The position numbers and the translations under genes are program-made. The notes beneath the pieces were generated by a model. It saw only the letters and a program-made list of their open reading frames with translations. It did not search any database and had not been told where the DNA came from. Shown here piece by piece: positions 26,724 to 35,707 of a stretch of 64,000 bases of DNA. The stretch is from the NCBI GenBank assembly GCA_017507855.1, contig JAFWAE010000026.1:146991-210990 (forward strand), written 5' to 3'. This stretch comes from Clostridia bacterium. Its GTDB lineage: Bacteria > Bacillota > Clostridia > Oscillospirales > RGIG5554. Positions within the stretch are counted from its first letter, which is position 1, and each line of letters begins with the position of its first letter.

Positions 26724-27917
26724 ATGAGTCGCATGGTCGGTACTGTTTCCAGAGGGATCCGAGCTCCCATTATCCGCAGAGGGGACGACCTGGCTGCCAT
26801 CGTGACCGATTCTGTTTTGGCTGCTGCCGCCGATGACGGGTTTGAGATCCGCGATCGGGATATTGTGGCTATGACGGAGGCTATCGTGGCCCGTGCCCAA
26901 GGCAACTATGCCACGGTGGATGATATTGCCAAGGACGTTCACGCCAAATTCGGCGGCGAAGAGGTGGGTGTCATCTTCCCCATCCTCAGCCGTAACCGCT
27001 TTGCCATTTGCCTGCGCGGCATTGCCAAGGGGGCAAAGAAGGTCGTGCTGATGCTCAGCTATCCCTCCGACGAGGTGGGCAACCATCTGCTGAGCTTGGA
27101 TGCGCTGGACGAAAAGGGGATCGACCCCTATAAGGACGTGCTTGATTTAAAGACCTACCGCGCTCTGTTCGGCTACGAAAAGCATCGCTTTACCGGCGTG
27201 GATTACGTGGAATATTACGAATCCCTGATCCGTGAAAGCGGCGCCGATTGCGAGATCGTGTTTGCCAACGATCCCCGCGCGGTGCTGGCCTATACCAAAA
27301 ACGTGCTGTGCTGTGACATCCACACCCGTGCGCGCACCAAGCGCTTGCTGAAGGCGGCAGGTGCGGCCAAGGTGTTCGGTTTGGACGAGATCCTCACCGC
27401 GCCTGTGGACGGGAGCGGCTATAATGAAAGCTATGGCCTGCTGGGCAGTAACAAGGCCACGGAGGAGCAGGTCAAGCTCTTCCCCCGTGATTGCCAAACG
27501 CTGGTGGAGGATATCCAAGACCGTCTGCTGCAGCGTACGGGCAAGCACGTGGAGGTCATGGTATACGGCGACGGCGCCTTTAAGGATCCCGTGGGAAAGA
27601 TCTGGGAATTGGCCGACCCCGTGGTGGCTCCCGCTTACACCTCCGGGCTGGAGGGGACGCCCAACGAGCTGAAACTGAAATACCTGGCCGATAACGATTT
27701 TGCTCATCTTTCGGGCGATGCGCTGAAGGAAGCCATTAAAGAGCAGATCCACAAGAAGGATGGGGATCTGGTGGGCAATATGGCCTCCGAAGGCACCACG
27801 CCTCGCCGCCTGACCGACCTGATCGGTTCCCTTTGCGATCTGACCTCCGGCTCCGGCGACAAAGGCACCCCCATCGTATATATTCAAGGCTATTTTGACA
27901 ACTACACCGCTGAATAA
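26724..27917 (+). CDS. CofE-like protein (F420-0:gamma-glutamyl ligase family, PF01996-type), standalone
   Basis: MSRMVGTVSRGIRAPIIRRGDDLAAIVTDSVL...IRDRDIVAMTEAIVARAQGNY fits the CofE N-terminal pattern (P.I..GDDL....I.DGD.L..T.KIVSKAEG). AAGGAG lies upstream of ATG 26724. About 397 aa, longer than canonical CofE. Confidence 0.7.
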   Translation: MSRMVGTVSRGIRAPIIRRGDDLAAIVTDSVLAAAADDGFEIRDRDIVAMTEAIVARAQGNYATVDDIAKDVHAKFGGEEVGVIFPILSRNRFAICLRGIAKGAKKVVLMLSYPSDEVGNHLLSLDALDEKGIDPYKDVLDLKTYRALFGYEKHRFTGVDYVEYYESLIRESGADCEIVFANDPRAVLAYTKNVLCCDIHTRARTKRLLKAAGAAKVFGLDEILTAPVDGSGYNESYGLLGSNKATEEQVKLFPRDCQTLVEDIQDRLLQRTGKHVEVMVYGDGAFKDPVGKIWELADPVVAPAYTSGLEGTPNELKLKYLADNDFAHLSGDALKEAIKEQIHKKDGDLVGNMASEGTTPRRLTDLIGSLCDLTSGSGDKGTPIVYIQGYFDNYTAE

Positions 27918-27932
27918 AACGCCTGCTCCAAG

Positions 27933-27960
27933 CACCCGTCAAAAGACGGGTGTTTTTTTC
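27933..27960 (+). terminator. rho-independent terminator
   Basis: CACCCGTC-AAAA-GACGGGTG followed by a long T run. Confidence 0.85.
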
Positions 27961-27980
27961 TTTTTTTTTCGCTTTTTATC

Positions 27981-28009
27981 TTGCCAAACGGGCAATTTTT
28001 CTGTACAAT
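27981..28009 (+). promoter_or_regulatory. candidate sigma-A promoter for hisH-hisF and downstream genes
   Basis: TTGCCA, 17-nt spacer, TACAAT. Confidence 0.55.
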
Positions 28010-28031
28010 GTGAGGCAAAGGAAGTGTGTAC

Positions 28032-28637
28032 ATGATCGCAATTGTGGATTACGGTGCGGGAAATTTGGCCAACGTCAGCCGCGCCTTGGAATTTTTGGGT
28101 GCACAGGCCGTGGTGACCTCTGACGCGGGGGTCATTCGCGAGGCTGAGCGGGTGCTTTTGCCCGGGGTGGGCGCTTTCGGAGACGCCATGGAGAGCTTGC
28201 GCCGTAAGGGCCTGGAGCAGGTGCTTTGCCAAGCAGCGGAAGAAAAACCGTTTTTGGGAATCTGTTTGGGCCTTCAGCTGCTGTTTGAGGAATCGGAGGA
28301 AAGCCCCGGGGTCAGCGGTCTGGGCGTGCTGAAGGGATCGGTGCGTCGCTTCCGTTTGGAAGGGCTAAAGGTGCCTCACATGGGCTGGAATACCCTGCAG
28401 GTCTTGCAAAAGGAAGGGGTCTTTGCCCATTTGGAGGAACAGAAAAGCGTGTATTTCGTGCATTCCTACTACGTTTGTCCCGAGGAGCCCGTGGCAGCCA
28501 CTCGGACCGAATACGGCATTCCCTTCGTCTCTGCGGTGCAGAAGGGGCAGTTGGCGGCCATGCAGTTTCACCCCGAAAAAAGCGGTACGGTGGGGCTGGG
28601 CCTGCTGAAGGCTTTTATTGACGGAAGGGAGGCATAA
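28032..28637 (+). CDS. hisH: imidazole glycerol phosphate synthase, glutamine amidotransferase subunit
   Basis: MIAIVDYGAGNLANVSRALEFLG...LLPGVGAFGDAM...FLGICLGLQLL...MGWN...FVHSY...MQFHPEKS. ATG 28032 follows AAGGAAG. Confidence 0.92.
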   Translation: MIAIVDYGAGNLANVSRALEFLGAQAVVTSDAGVIREAERVLLPGVGAFGDAMESLRRKGLEQVLCQAAEEKPFLGICLGLQLLFEESEESPGVSGLGVLKGSVRRFRLEGLKVPHMGWNTLQVLQKEGVFAHLEEQKSVYFVHSYYVCPEEPVAATRTEYGIPFVSAVQKGQLAAMQFHPEKSGTVGLGLLKAFIDGREA

Positions 28638-28640
28638 CGG

Positions 28641-29402
28641 ATGCTGGCTAAGAGAATCATTCCCTGCCTGGATATTGACCACGGCCGCGTAGTTAAGGGT
28701 GTGCGCTTTGTGAACATCCGCGATGCGGGCGACCCTGTGGAAGTGGCGGCCATGTACGACCGCGCCGGGGCGGACGAGCTGGTGTTTCTGGATATTACCG
28801 CCTCCTCCGAAAGCCGCAGTATTGCCCTGCAAACGGTGGAAGCCGTGGCCAAGCAGGTGTTTTTGCCCCTGACGGTGGGCGGTGGTGTGCGCACGGTGGA
28901 GGATTTTCGCATGCTGTTGCGCGCGGGTGCGGACAAAGTATCCGTGAATTCTTCGGCGGTGAAGAACCCCCAGTTAATCGCTGATGCGGCGAAGATCTTC
29001 GGCAGTCAGTGCGTGGTGGTAGCCATTGACGCCAAGCGCCGTGCCGACGGTACGGGCAGTGAGGTGTACCTCAACGGCGGCCGTGTGGCCACGGGGATCG
29101 ACGCGGTGGAATGGGCCAAGCAGGCCGAACGTCTGGGCGCGGGCGAAATTTTGCTGACCTCCATGGATACCGACGGGGAAAAGAAGGGCTACGACCTTCC
29201 CTTGACCCGTGCGGTAGGGGAAGCGGTGGGCATTCCCGTGATCGCCTCGGGCGGGGCGGGAAGCATGGAGGATTTTGCCCAAGTGCTCACCCACGGAAAG
29301 GCCGATGCGGCTTTGGCGGCCAGCCTGTTCCATTACAAAGAAATGGAGATCGGGGACCTGAAGCGCTATTTGCACGAGCAGGGGATCCCCGTGCGACTGT
29401 AA
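28641..29402 (+). CDS. hisF: imidazole glycerol phosphate synthase, cyclase subunit
   Basis: [23 protein letters not shown]...GDPVE.A..Y...[13 protein letters not shown]...TVGGGVR...GADKVSVNS...VVVAIDAK...[11 protein letters not shown]...PVIASGGAG. Confidence 0.95.
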   Translation: MLAKRIIPCLDIDHGRVVKGVRFVNIRDAGDPVEVAAMYDRAGADELVFLDITASSESRSIALQTVEAVAKQVFLPLTVGGGVRTVEDFRMLLRAGADKVSVNSSAVKNPQLIADAAKIFGSQCVVVAIDAKRRADGTGSEVYLNGGRVATGIDAVEWAKQAERLGAGEILLTSMDTDGEKKGYDLPLTRAVGEAVGIPVIASGGAGSMEDFAQVLTHGKADAALAASLFHYKEMEIGDLKRYLHEQGIPVRL

Positions 29403-29472
29403 GCCTGTTTAACGAAGAAAAAAGCGGCTGTGGGCCGCCATATATAAAAAACGACCTGAAGGAGGCATTTTC

Positions 29473-30873
29473 ATGGACATTAAACCCCGTATCGGGCGCT
29501 ACACGGTGTACGCCAGCGACTATCTGAAGCAAGACAGCGATGTGATGCTGGGCGGCGGCACGGACGAGACCGAGCTGCTGCAAGCCATTTTGGACAAGGC
29601 CGAGGAATGGGGCGGCCTGGTTTTGGAGGTGGACGGCGCCATCCTCATGCGGGGCATGCGCCTGCATTCCAACACCACCATTCATTGTGCCAATCAAAAC
29701 TGCGGCTTTTATTTGGCCGACGACACCAACGACGCCATCGTGCAGAACGCCCATTTGGACTACGACGTGATCCGCGACGAGAACATCCAACTGCTGGGCG
29801 GTACGTATAACATCAACTGCGAGCACCAGCAACGCAGCAAGGAGCCTCTGCCTCCGGGGGACGGAAAATACGGCAAGGAACAAAGCCGCTTTGAGGGAGC
29901 CCATTATTTGCACGGCCTGCGCTTTATCGGCGTGCGGGGACTGACTTTGCGGGATATGCGTACCGTGGACCAGCGCGTATGGGATGCGGTGTTCTGTAAC
30001 TGGGAGCATATCGTCATCGAGAATTTTGCCGTGGAGCTGCCTCATAATTACGTGGCGCAGAACCAGGACGGCCTCCATTTTTGGGGCCCCGGGCGCGACC
30101 TGTTTATCCACAACATCCGCGGTGGCTCAGGGGACGATTTCATTGCCCTGGCGCCCGACGAGCACGACCGCTGCTCCGACATTACCGACGTGCTTATTGA
30201 CGGCGTGTATTTGGAAAATGCGGATCAGGGCATCCGTATGCTGTCCCGCGGGCCGGGTAAGCTGGACCGCGTGACCGTGCGCAACGTGTACGGCACCTAT
30301 AAAAGCTGTGGCTTTTTCATCAACCCTTGGTTCGGCAAATGGTGCGATGACAGCGACGGCAATTACGGTGCCATTACCGTAGAAAATGTGCAGTTGCGCC
30401 AGACCTACCATAAGTACAAAGACTATTGCCGCCCCTTCCTGTTCCGTATCGGCGGGCGTATTCAAAGCCTGACGCTGAAGAACATTCAGGCCATCGAGCC
30501 CAACGATGCCCGCGAGCTGGTAGACATCAGCCATATTTACAGCGGTGACGCTGTAAAGGACAATTTCGTGGACATTGCCAACCTGACGGTGGACGGGCTG
30601 GAGGTCCTCAACCGCGAGGGGACGACGGACCCTGTGGATTACATTGCCGTGGACAGCAAGGTGGACCATTTGACGGTGCGCAACGTGCTGATCAACCGTG
30701 ACGGAAACCCTGCGGCGGATACGGTGGTGCACGTCAAGCCCGGGGCCAAGGTGGGCACGCTGGATCTGTCCGGCGTACAGGCCTACGGCATTGAGGCGGG
30801 TGTGAAAAACGAGGGCGATGTGAGCGTGTTGCGCCGCCACTGTGTCTACGTGAACGATCAGGAAGAAAAATAA
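29473..30873 (+). CDS. signal-less right-handed beta-helix protein, GH28-like (paralogue 1 of 3)
   Basis: 466 aa with no signal peptide. N-terminal pectate-lyase-3-like opening (GGGTDETELLQAILDKAEEWGGLVLEVDGAILM). Acidic motifs AQNQDGLHFWG and GGSGDDFIALAP resemble the GH28 NTD / G-DD motifs. ADQGIRMLS resembles RIK. GGAGG RBS is present. Confidence 0.75.
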   Translation: MDIKPRIGRYTVYASDYLKQDSDVMLGGGTDETELLQAILDKAEEWGGLVLEVDGAILMRGMRLHSNTTIHCANQNCGFYLADDTNDAIVQNAHLDYDVIRDENIQLLGGTYNINCEHQQRSKEPLPPGDGKYGKEQSRFEGAHYLHGLRFIGVRGLTLRDMRTVDQRVWDAVFCNWEHIVIENFAVELPHNYVAQNQDGLHFWGPGRDLFIHNIRGGSGDDFIALAPDEHDRCSDITDVLIDGVYLENADQGIRMLSRGPGKLDRVTVRNVYGTYKSCGFFINPWFGKWCDDSDGNYGAITVENVQLRQTYHKYKDYCRPFLFRIGGRIQSLTLKNIQAIEPNDARELVDISHIYSGDAVKDNFVDIANLTVDGLEVLNREGTTDPVDYIAVDSKVDHLTVRNVLINRDGNPAADTVVHVKPGAKVGTLDLSGVQAYGIEAGVKNEGDVSVLRRHCVYVNDQEEK

Positions 30874-30886
30874 GGGAGGCATTTCA

Positions 30887-32275
30887 ATGGAGATCAAACC
30901 CCGTATCGGGCGCTACACGGTGTACGCCTGCGACTACCTGAAGCAGGACAGCGATGTCATGAAGGGTGGCGGCACGGATGAGACCGAGCTGTTGCAGGCC
31001 ATTTTGGACAAGGCTGAGGAATGGGGAGGCTTGACCTTGGAGGTGGACGGCGCCATTTTGACTCGCGGCATGGCCATTCATTCCAACACCACCATCCATT
31101 GCGCCAACCAAAATTGCGGTTTCTTTTTGAAGGACGGCGCGGCCCAGCCTTTGGCACGAAACGCGCATTTAAGTTATTTGAACATCCACGACGAAAATAT
31201 TTCTCTGCTTGGCGGCACGTATAACCTGAACAGCCCCGGGCAAGATCGTGCCGAAGTGCCCGTGATCCCCACGGAAGGAGAGGAAAACCTTTTGTCCGCT
31301 TGGCTGATGGGTATTAAGTTTTTGGGTGTGCGCGGCCTGACCATGCGGGATATGCGCCTGGTCAACCAACGCACCTTTGCGGGTCTTTTTGCCAACTGGG
31401 AGCATATCGTCATCGAAAACTTTGCCATTGATCTGCTCGACGAACGGGACGCCCAAAACCAGGACGGCCTCCATTTCTGGGGCCCCGGGCGTGACCTGTC
31501 CATTCGCAATATCCGCGGAGGATCGGGGGACGACTTCATGGCCCTGGCGCCCGACGAGCACGATTTCAAGTCCGACATTACGGATGTACTCATCGACGGA
31601 GTATATTTGGAAAATGCCGACCAAGGGATCCGCATGCTGTCCCGTGGGCCGGGCAAGCTGGACCGCGTGACCGTGCGCAACGTGTACGGCACTTACAAGA
31701 GCTGTGGCTTTTTCATCAATCCCGCCTTCGGTAAGGGTCTGGGAGATTGCGAGGGCAATTATGGCTCTATTACCCTGGAAAACATTCAACTGCGCCAAAC
31801 CTACCATAAATACGCCCAGCACGCCCACGCCTTTTTGTTCCGCATCGGCGGCCGCATGCAAAGCCTGACGCTGAAAAACATTCAGGCCATCGAGCCCAAC
31901 GATGCCCGCCCGCTGGTGGATATCAGCCATATCTACGGCCATTGGAGCCGCACGGGAAGCTGTGTGGACATTGCCAACCTGACGGTGGACGGCTTGGAGA
32001 TCCTCAACCGCGAGGGCACCGTTGATCCTGCCGATTACATTTCCGTGGACGGCAAGGTGGACCATTTGACGGTGCGTAATGTGCTGGTCAACCGCGATGG
32101 CCATCCTGCCGCCGACCGCTTGGTGGCAGTGAAGGAGGCAGGTCAGGTGAAGAGCCTGATGATCTCTCAGGTGCAGGCTATGGGGATCGATAGCGTACTG
32201 GATTTGCAGGGCGGTACGGTGGAGCATGTGTACGCCGACCATGTGTTTTTGAATGACTTGGAGGTGTTGGGATGA
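30887..32275 (+). CDS. signal-less beta-helix protein, GH28-like (paralogue 2 of 3)
   Basis: 462 aa, colinear with paralogue 1. It shares a 33-nt identical stretch at the 5' end and a 38-nt identical stretch mid-gene with paralogue 1. The RBS context GGAGGCATTT is duplicated too. Confidence 0.75.
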   Translation: MEIKPRIGRYTVYACDYLKQDSDVMKGGGTDETELLQAILDKAEEWGGLTLEVDGAILTRGMAIHSNTTIHCANQNCGFFLKDGAAQPLARNAHLSYLNIHDENISLLGGTYNLNSPGQDRAEVPVIPTEGEENLLSAWLMGIKFLGVRGLTMRDMRLVNQRTFAGLFANWEHIVIENFAIDLLDERDAQNQDGLHFWGPGRDLSIRNIRGGSGDDFMALAPDEHDFKSDITDVLIDGVYLENADQGIRMLSRGPGKLDRVTVRNVYGTYKSCGFFINPAFGKGLGDCEGNYGSITLENIQLRQTYHKYAQHAHAFLFRIGGRMQSLTLKNIQAIEPNDARPLVDISHIYGHWSRTGSCVDIANLTVDGLEILNREGTVDPADYISVDGKVDHLTVRNVLVNRDGHPAADRLVAVKEAGQVKSLMISQVQAMGIDSVLDLQGGTVEHVYADHVFLNDLEVLG

Positions 32276-33636
32276 AATCCATTCTTCCTTCCTGCGGACG
32301 CTTTACCGTCCGCGCAAGCGATTACCTGAAGCAAGACAGCGACGTGATGCTGGGCGGCGGCACGGATGAGACCGAGCTGCTGCAGGCCATTCTGGACAAG
32401 GCACTTGAATGGGGAGGCCTTCATCTGATCGTGGACGGCGCCGTGCTGGTGCGCGGGCTGACCCTGCATTCCAACACCACCGTTGAATGCACCGATCAAA
32501 GCTGCGGCTTCTTTTTGAAGGACGGCGCGGCCAAGCCCTTGGTGAGCAACGCCAAGCTGAGTTATTCCCACATTCATACGGAAAACATTCGCCTGCTGGG
32601 AGGAACCTACAACCTCAACAGCCCCGGGCAGGAGAGAATGGAGAACGATCCCCCCGTCATCGAAGGGGATACGGACAAGCCCTTCAACTGGCTCATGGGC
32701 GTAAAATTCATCGGCGTGCGAAATCTGACTATGCGGGATATGCGTTTGGTCAACCAACGCACCTTCGCGGGTCTTTTTGCCAACTGGGAGCACGTGGTGG
32801 TGGAGAATTTCGCCATTGATCTGCCCGACAACCGCTTTGCCCAAAATCAGGACGGCCTTCATTTCTGGGGTCCCGGACGTGACCTTTGTATTCGCAATAT
32901 CCGAGGTGGCTCGGGGGACGATTTCATGGCCCTGGCTCCCGATGAGCACGATCTCAAGTCCGACATTACGGATGTGGTTATAGACGGGGTGTATTTGGAA
33001 GATGCGGATCAGGGGATCCGTATGCTCTCCCGCGGGCCGGGGCGGCTGGATCGCGTATTTATTCGCAACGTGTACGGCACTTACAAGAGCTGTGGCTTTT
33101 TCATCAATCCTTGGTTCGGTAAGGGCTACGGCGACAGCAAAGGCAATTACGGTGCCATTACCGTGGAAAATGTGAATCTGCAGCAGACCTACGATAAATA
33201 CGGCGATTTTTGCGATGCTTTTCTTTTCCGCATCGGCGGACGTATTCAAAGCTTAACGCTGAAGAACATTCAAACGGTGGATCCCAACGATGCCAGACCT
33301 TTGGTGGACGTCAGTCATGTGTACGGGAGCCGCATTCTGTCCGGCAACTTTACTCATGTGTCCAACCTGACAATAGACGGGCTGGAGGTGGTCAACCATC
33401 GCGGTACCAAAAAGAAGAACGCCTATATCAAGGTGGACACCCGCGTGGATAATCTGGTGGTGCGTAACGTGACCGTGGACCGAAGCGGGAATGAAAATGA
33501 CGATACCCTCATCCGCTTGACGGAGGAAGCACAGGTAGATGCTTTGACTGTGCGGGGTGTGCTGACCCGAGGAATTGGCAAAACGTTGGAGGGAAAGGCC
33601 AATCACACTCTTATTGAAGGGGAACTAAAGCTCTGA
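32272..33636 (+). CDS. signal-less beta-helix protein, GH28-like (paralogue 3 of 3)
   Basis: 454 aa. ATGA overlap with paralogue 2. Same conserved blocks, and a 47-nt stretch identical to paralogue 2 (CGCAACGTGTACGGCACTTACAAGAGCTGTGGCTTTTTCATCAATCC). Confidence 0.75.
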   Translation: MKSILPSCGRFTVRASDYLKQDSDVMLGGGTDETELLQAILDKALEWGGLHLIVDGAVLVRGLTLHSNTTVECTDQSCGFFLKDGAAKPLVSNAKLSYSHIHTENIRLLGGTYNLNSPGQERMENDPPVIEGDTDKPFNWLMGVKFIGVRNLTMRDMRLVNQRTFAGLFANWEHVVVENFAIDLPDNRFAQNQDGLHFWGPGRDLCIRNIRGGSGDDFMALAPDEHDLKSDITDVVIDGVYLEDADQGIRMLSRGPGRLDRVFIRNVYGTYKSCGFFINPWFGKGYGDSKGNYGAITVENVNLQQTYDKYGDFCDAFLFRIGGRIQSLTLKNIQTVDPNDARPLVDVSHVYGSRILSGNFTHVSNLTIDGLEVVNHRGTKKKNAYIKVDTRVDNLVVRNVTVDRSGNENDDTLIRLTEEAQVDALTVRGVLTRGIGKTLEGKANHTLIEGELKL

Positions 33637-33640
33637 ACAG

Positions 33641-33680
33641 ACACCCGACGAAAGATTTTGCTTTCGTCGGGTGTTTTTTG
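33641..33680 (+). terminator. strong rho-independent terminator ending the hisHF/beta-helix unit
   Basis: ACACCCGACGAAAG-loop-CTTTCGTCGGGTGT (14 bp) followed by TTTTT. Confidence 0.85.
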
Positions 33681-33773
33681 TGGACGACGGGGCTTGTTTT
33701 TTGCCTTGACATTTGGTATAATAATCAAATACAATAGGTAAAATCTTTTTTCGCAAGAAAACGAGGGATGGTT

Positions 33774-35699
33774 ATGATGAACGAAAAGCCCAAATATTAT
33801 TTGACCACAGCCATTGCTTACGCCTCCAGGGTGCCTCATATCGGCAACACCTACGAGGCCGTGCTGGCCGATGCCATTGCCCGCTATAAGCGCGCGGAGG
33901 GATATGATGTCTTTTTCCTGACCGGCACGGATGAGCACGGGCAGAAGATCCAGGAGCAGGCCGAGCAGGACGGAAGGACTCCCCAGGCCCACGTGGATGA
34001 GATCGCCGGTGAGATCCGCCGCATCTGGGATATGATGAACGTCAGCTATGACCGCTTTATCCGCACCACGGACGAGGATCACGTGGCCATCATGCAAAAG
34101 GCGTTTAAAAAGCTCTACGAGCAGGGGGATATTTACAAATCCGCCTACGAGGGCAAATATTGCGTGGCTTGCGAATCCTTCTATACGGAAAGCCAGCTGG
34201 TCAACGGCAAATGCCCCGATTGCGGCCGGGACGTGCGTGAGGCCAGGGAGGAGGCCTATTTCTTCCGTTTGAGCAAGTACGCGTCCGCTTTGGAGGCTCA
34301 TATTGAAAGCCATCCGGAGTTTATTCAGCCCGAAAGCCGCAAAAACGAGATGCTCAACAACTTCATCCGTCCCGGTCTGCAGGATTTCTGCGTGTCCCGC
34401 ACCTCCTTTACTTGGGGCGTGCCCGTGGACTTTGATCCCGGCCACGTGGTGTACGTTTGGGTGGATGCCCTGTTTAATTACGTGACGGCATTGGGATACG
34501 ATCCTTATGCAAGCAGCGAACTGTTTGACAAATACTGGCCTGCGGATGTGCATCTGATCGGCAAGGATATTCTGCGCTTCCACACCATTTACTGGCCCGC
34601 TATGCTCATGGCCTTGAACGTACCCCTGCCCAAGCAGGTGTTCGGACATCCTTGGTTGCTTTCCAACGGGGATAAGATGTCCAAATCCAAGGGAAACGTC
34701 ATTTACGCCGAGGAGCTGGTACAGCGCTTTGGAGTGGATGCCACTCGCTACTACTGCCTCCACGAGATGCCCTTTGCTCAGGACGGTACGCTGACCTACG
34801 AGCTGCTTATCTCCCGCATCAATACGGATCTGGCCAATATTTTGGGCAATCTGGTGAAACGTTCCGTTTCCATGGCTCAGAAATATTTCGGCGGCATCGT
34901 GCCTCAGCCCAATGAGGAGCAGGATCCCGACGAAGAACTGAAGGCCCTGGCCGCGCAGACGCCCGCCGCAGTAAAGCGTTGCATGGACGGCCTGCACGTA
35001 GCCGACGCGCTGGACGAGATCTGGACACTGCTGCGCCGAAGCAATAAATATATTGACGAGACCATGCCTTGGGTGCTTGCCAAGGACGAGGCAACCATGC
35101 CCCGTTTGCAAACGGTCATCTACAATCTGCTGGAGAGCCTGCGTATCGCCGCTTCTTTGTTGGCCCCCTTCCTGCCCGAAACAGCCGCCCGCATTTTTGC
35201 CCAGCTGAACGTTCAGGCCGAGGAAGGTCTGCCTGCGGGCGAATTCGGCCTTTTGGTGCCGGGTACCGTGCTGGGAGAGGCCGAGACCCTGTTCGAGCGC
35301 ATTGACGAGGCCAAGGCCTTGGCGGAGATCGAGGCGGCCCACGAGCCTGCCAAGCCCGTCATCCCCAAGCCCGAGATGAAAGAGATCACCATCGACGATT
35401 TTGCCGCCGTGGAATTGCGCGCGGGCAAGATCCTTTCCTGCGAAAAGCTGGCAAAGAGCCGCAAGCTGCTGAAAATGAAGGTGGATCTGGGCTTTGAGGA
35501 AAGGCAGATCCTTTCCGGAATCGCCCCCTACTATCAGCCCGAGGAATTGGTGGGCAAGACCGTGGCCGTAGTGGCCAATTTGGCTCCCGCTACCCTTTGC
35601 GGCGAGCGTAGTGAAGGAATGATCCTGGCTTCGGGAGAAGAAAATCCCCGCGTGCTGTTTTTGGATGCCGCTGTCAATCCCGGCGACAAGATCCGCTGA
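33774..35699 (+). CDS. metG: methionine--tRNA ligase with C-terminal tRNA-binding (EMAP/Trbp111-like) domain
   Basis: KPKYYLTTAIAYASRVPHIGNTYE (HIGH-type), zinc knuckles CVACE...CPDCG, KMSKSKGN, and C-terminal DFAAVELRAGKI...K.DLG. Start is ambiguous among in-frame ATGs at 33768, 33774 and 33777. 33774 or 33777 fit the GAGGG RBS best. Confidence 0.93.
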   Translation: MMNEKPKYYLTTAIAYASRVPHIGNTYEAVLADAIARYKRAEGYDVFFLTGTDEHGQKIQEQAEQDGRTPQAHVDEIAGEIRRIWDMMNVSYDRFIRTTDEDHVAIMQKAFKKLYEQGDIYKSAYEGKYCVACESFYTESQLVNGKCPDCGRDVREAREEAYFFRLSKYASALEAHIESHPEFIQPESRKNEMLNNFIRPGLQDFCVSRTSFTWGVPVDFDPGHVVYVWVDALFNYVTALGYDPYASSELFDKYWPADVHLIGKDILRFHTIYWPAMLMALNVPLPKQVFGHPWLLSNGDKMSKSKGNVIYAEELVQRFGVDATRYYCLHEMPFAQDGTLTYELLISRINTDLANILGNLVKRSVSMAQKYFGGIVPQPNEEQDPDEELKALAAQTPAAVKRCMDGLHVADALDEIWTLLRRSNKYIDETMPWVLAKDEATMPRLQTVIYNLLESLRIAASLLAPFLPETAARIFAQLNVQAEEGLPAGEFGLLVPGTVLGEAETLFERIDEAKALAEIEAAHEPAKPVIPKPEMKEITIDDFAAVELRAGKILSCEKLAKSRKLLKMKVDLGFEERQILSGIAPYYQPEELVGKTVAVVANLAPATLCGERSEGMILASGEENPRVLFLDAAVNPGDKIR

Positions 35700-35707
35700 G
35701 GCGGCCT

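Noticed and set aside
29403-29472. Independent promoter or terminator between hisF and the first beta-helix gene
   Set aside because: There is only a 5-bp GCGGC/GCCGC hairpin without a T-run, and no -35/-10 pair with acceptable spacing. It is treated as an intra-operon spacer, pending transcript data.
33681-33773. T-box or other leader upstream of metG (and likewise 4331-4373 upstream of glyQS)
   Set aside because: The spacers are only ~90 and ~43 nt. They lack the T-box 14-mer (AGGGUGGUACCGCG-like) and lack terminator/antiterminator pairs.
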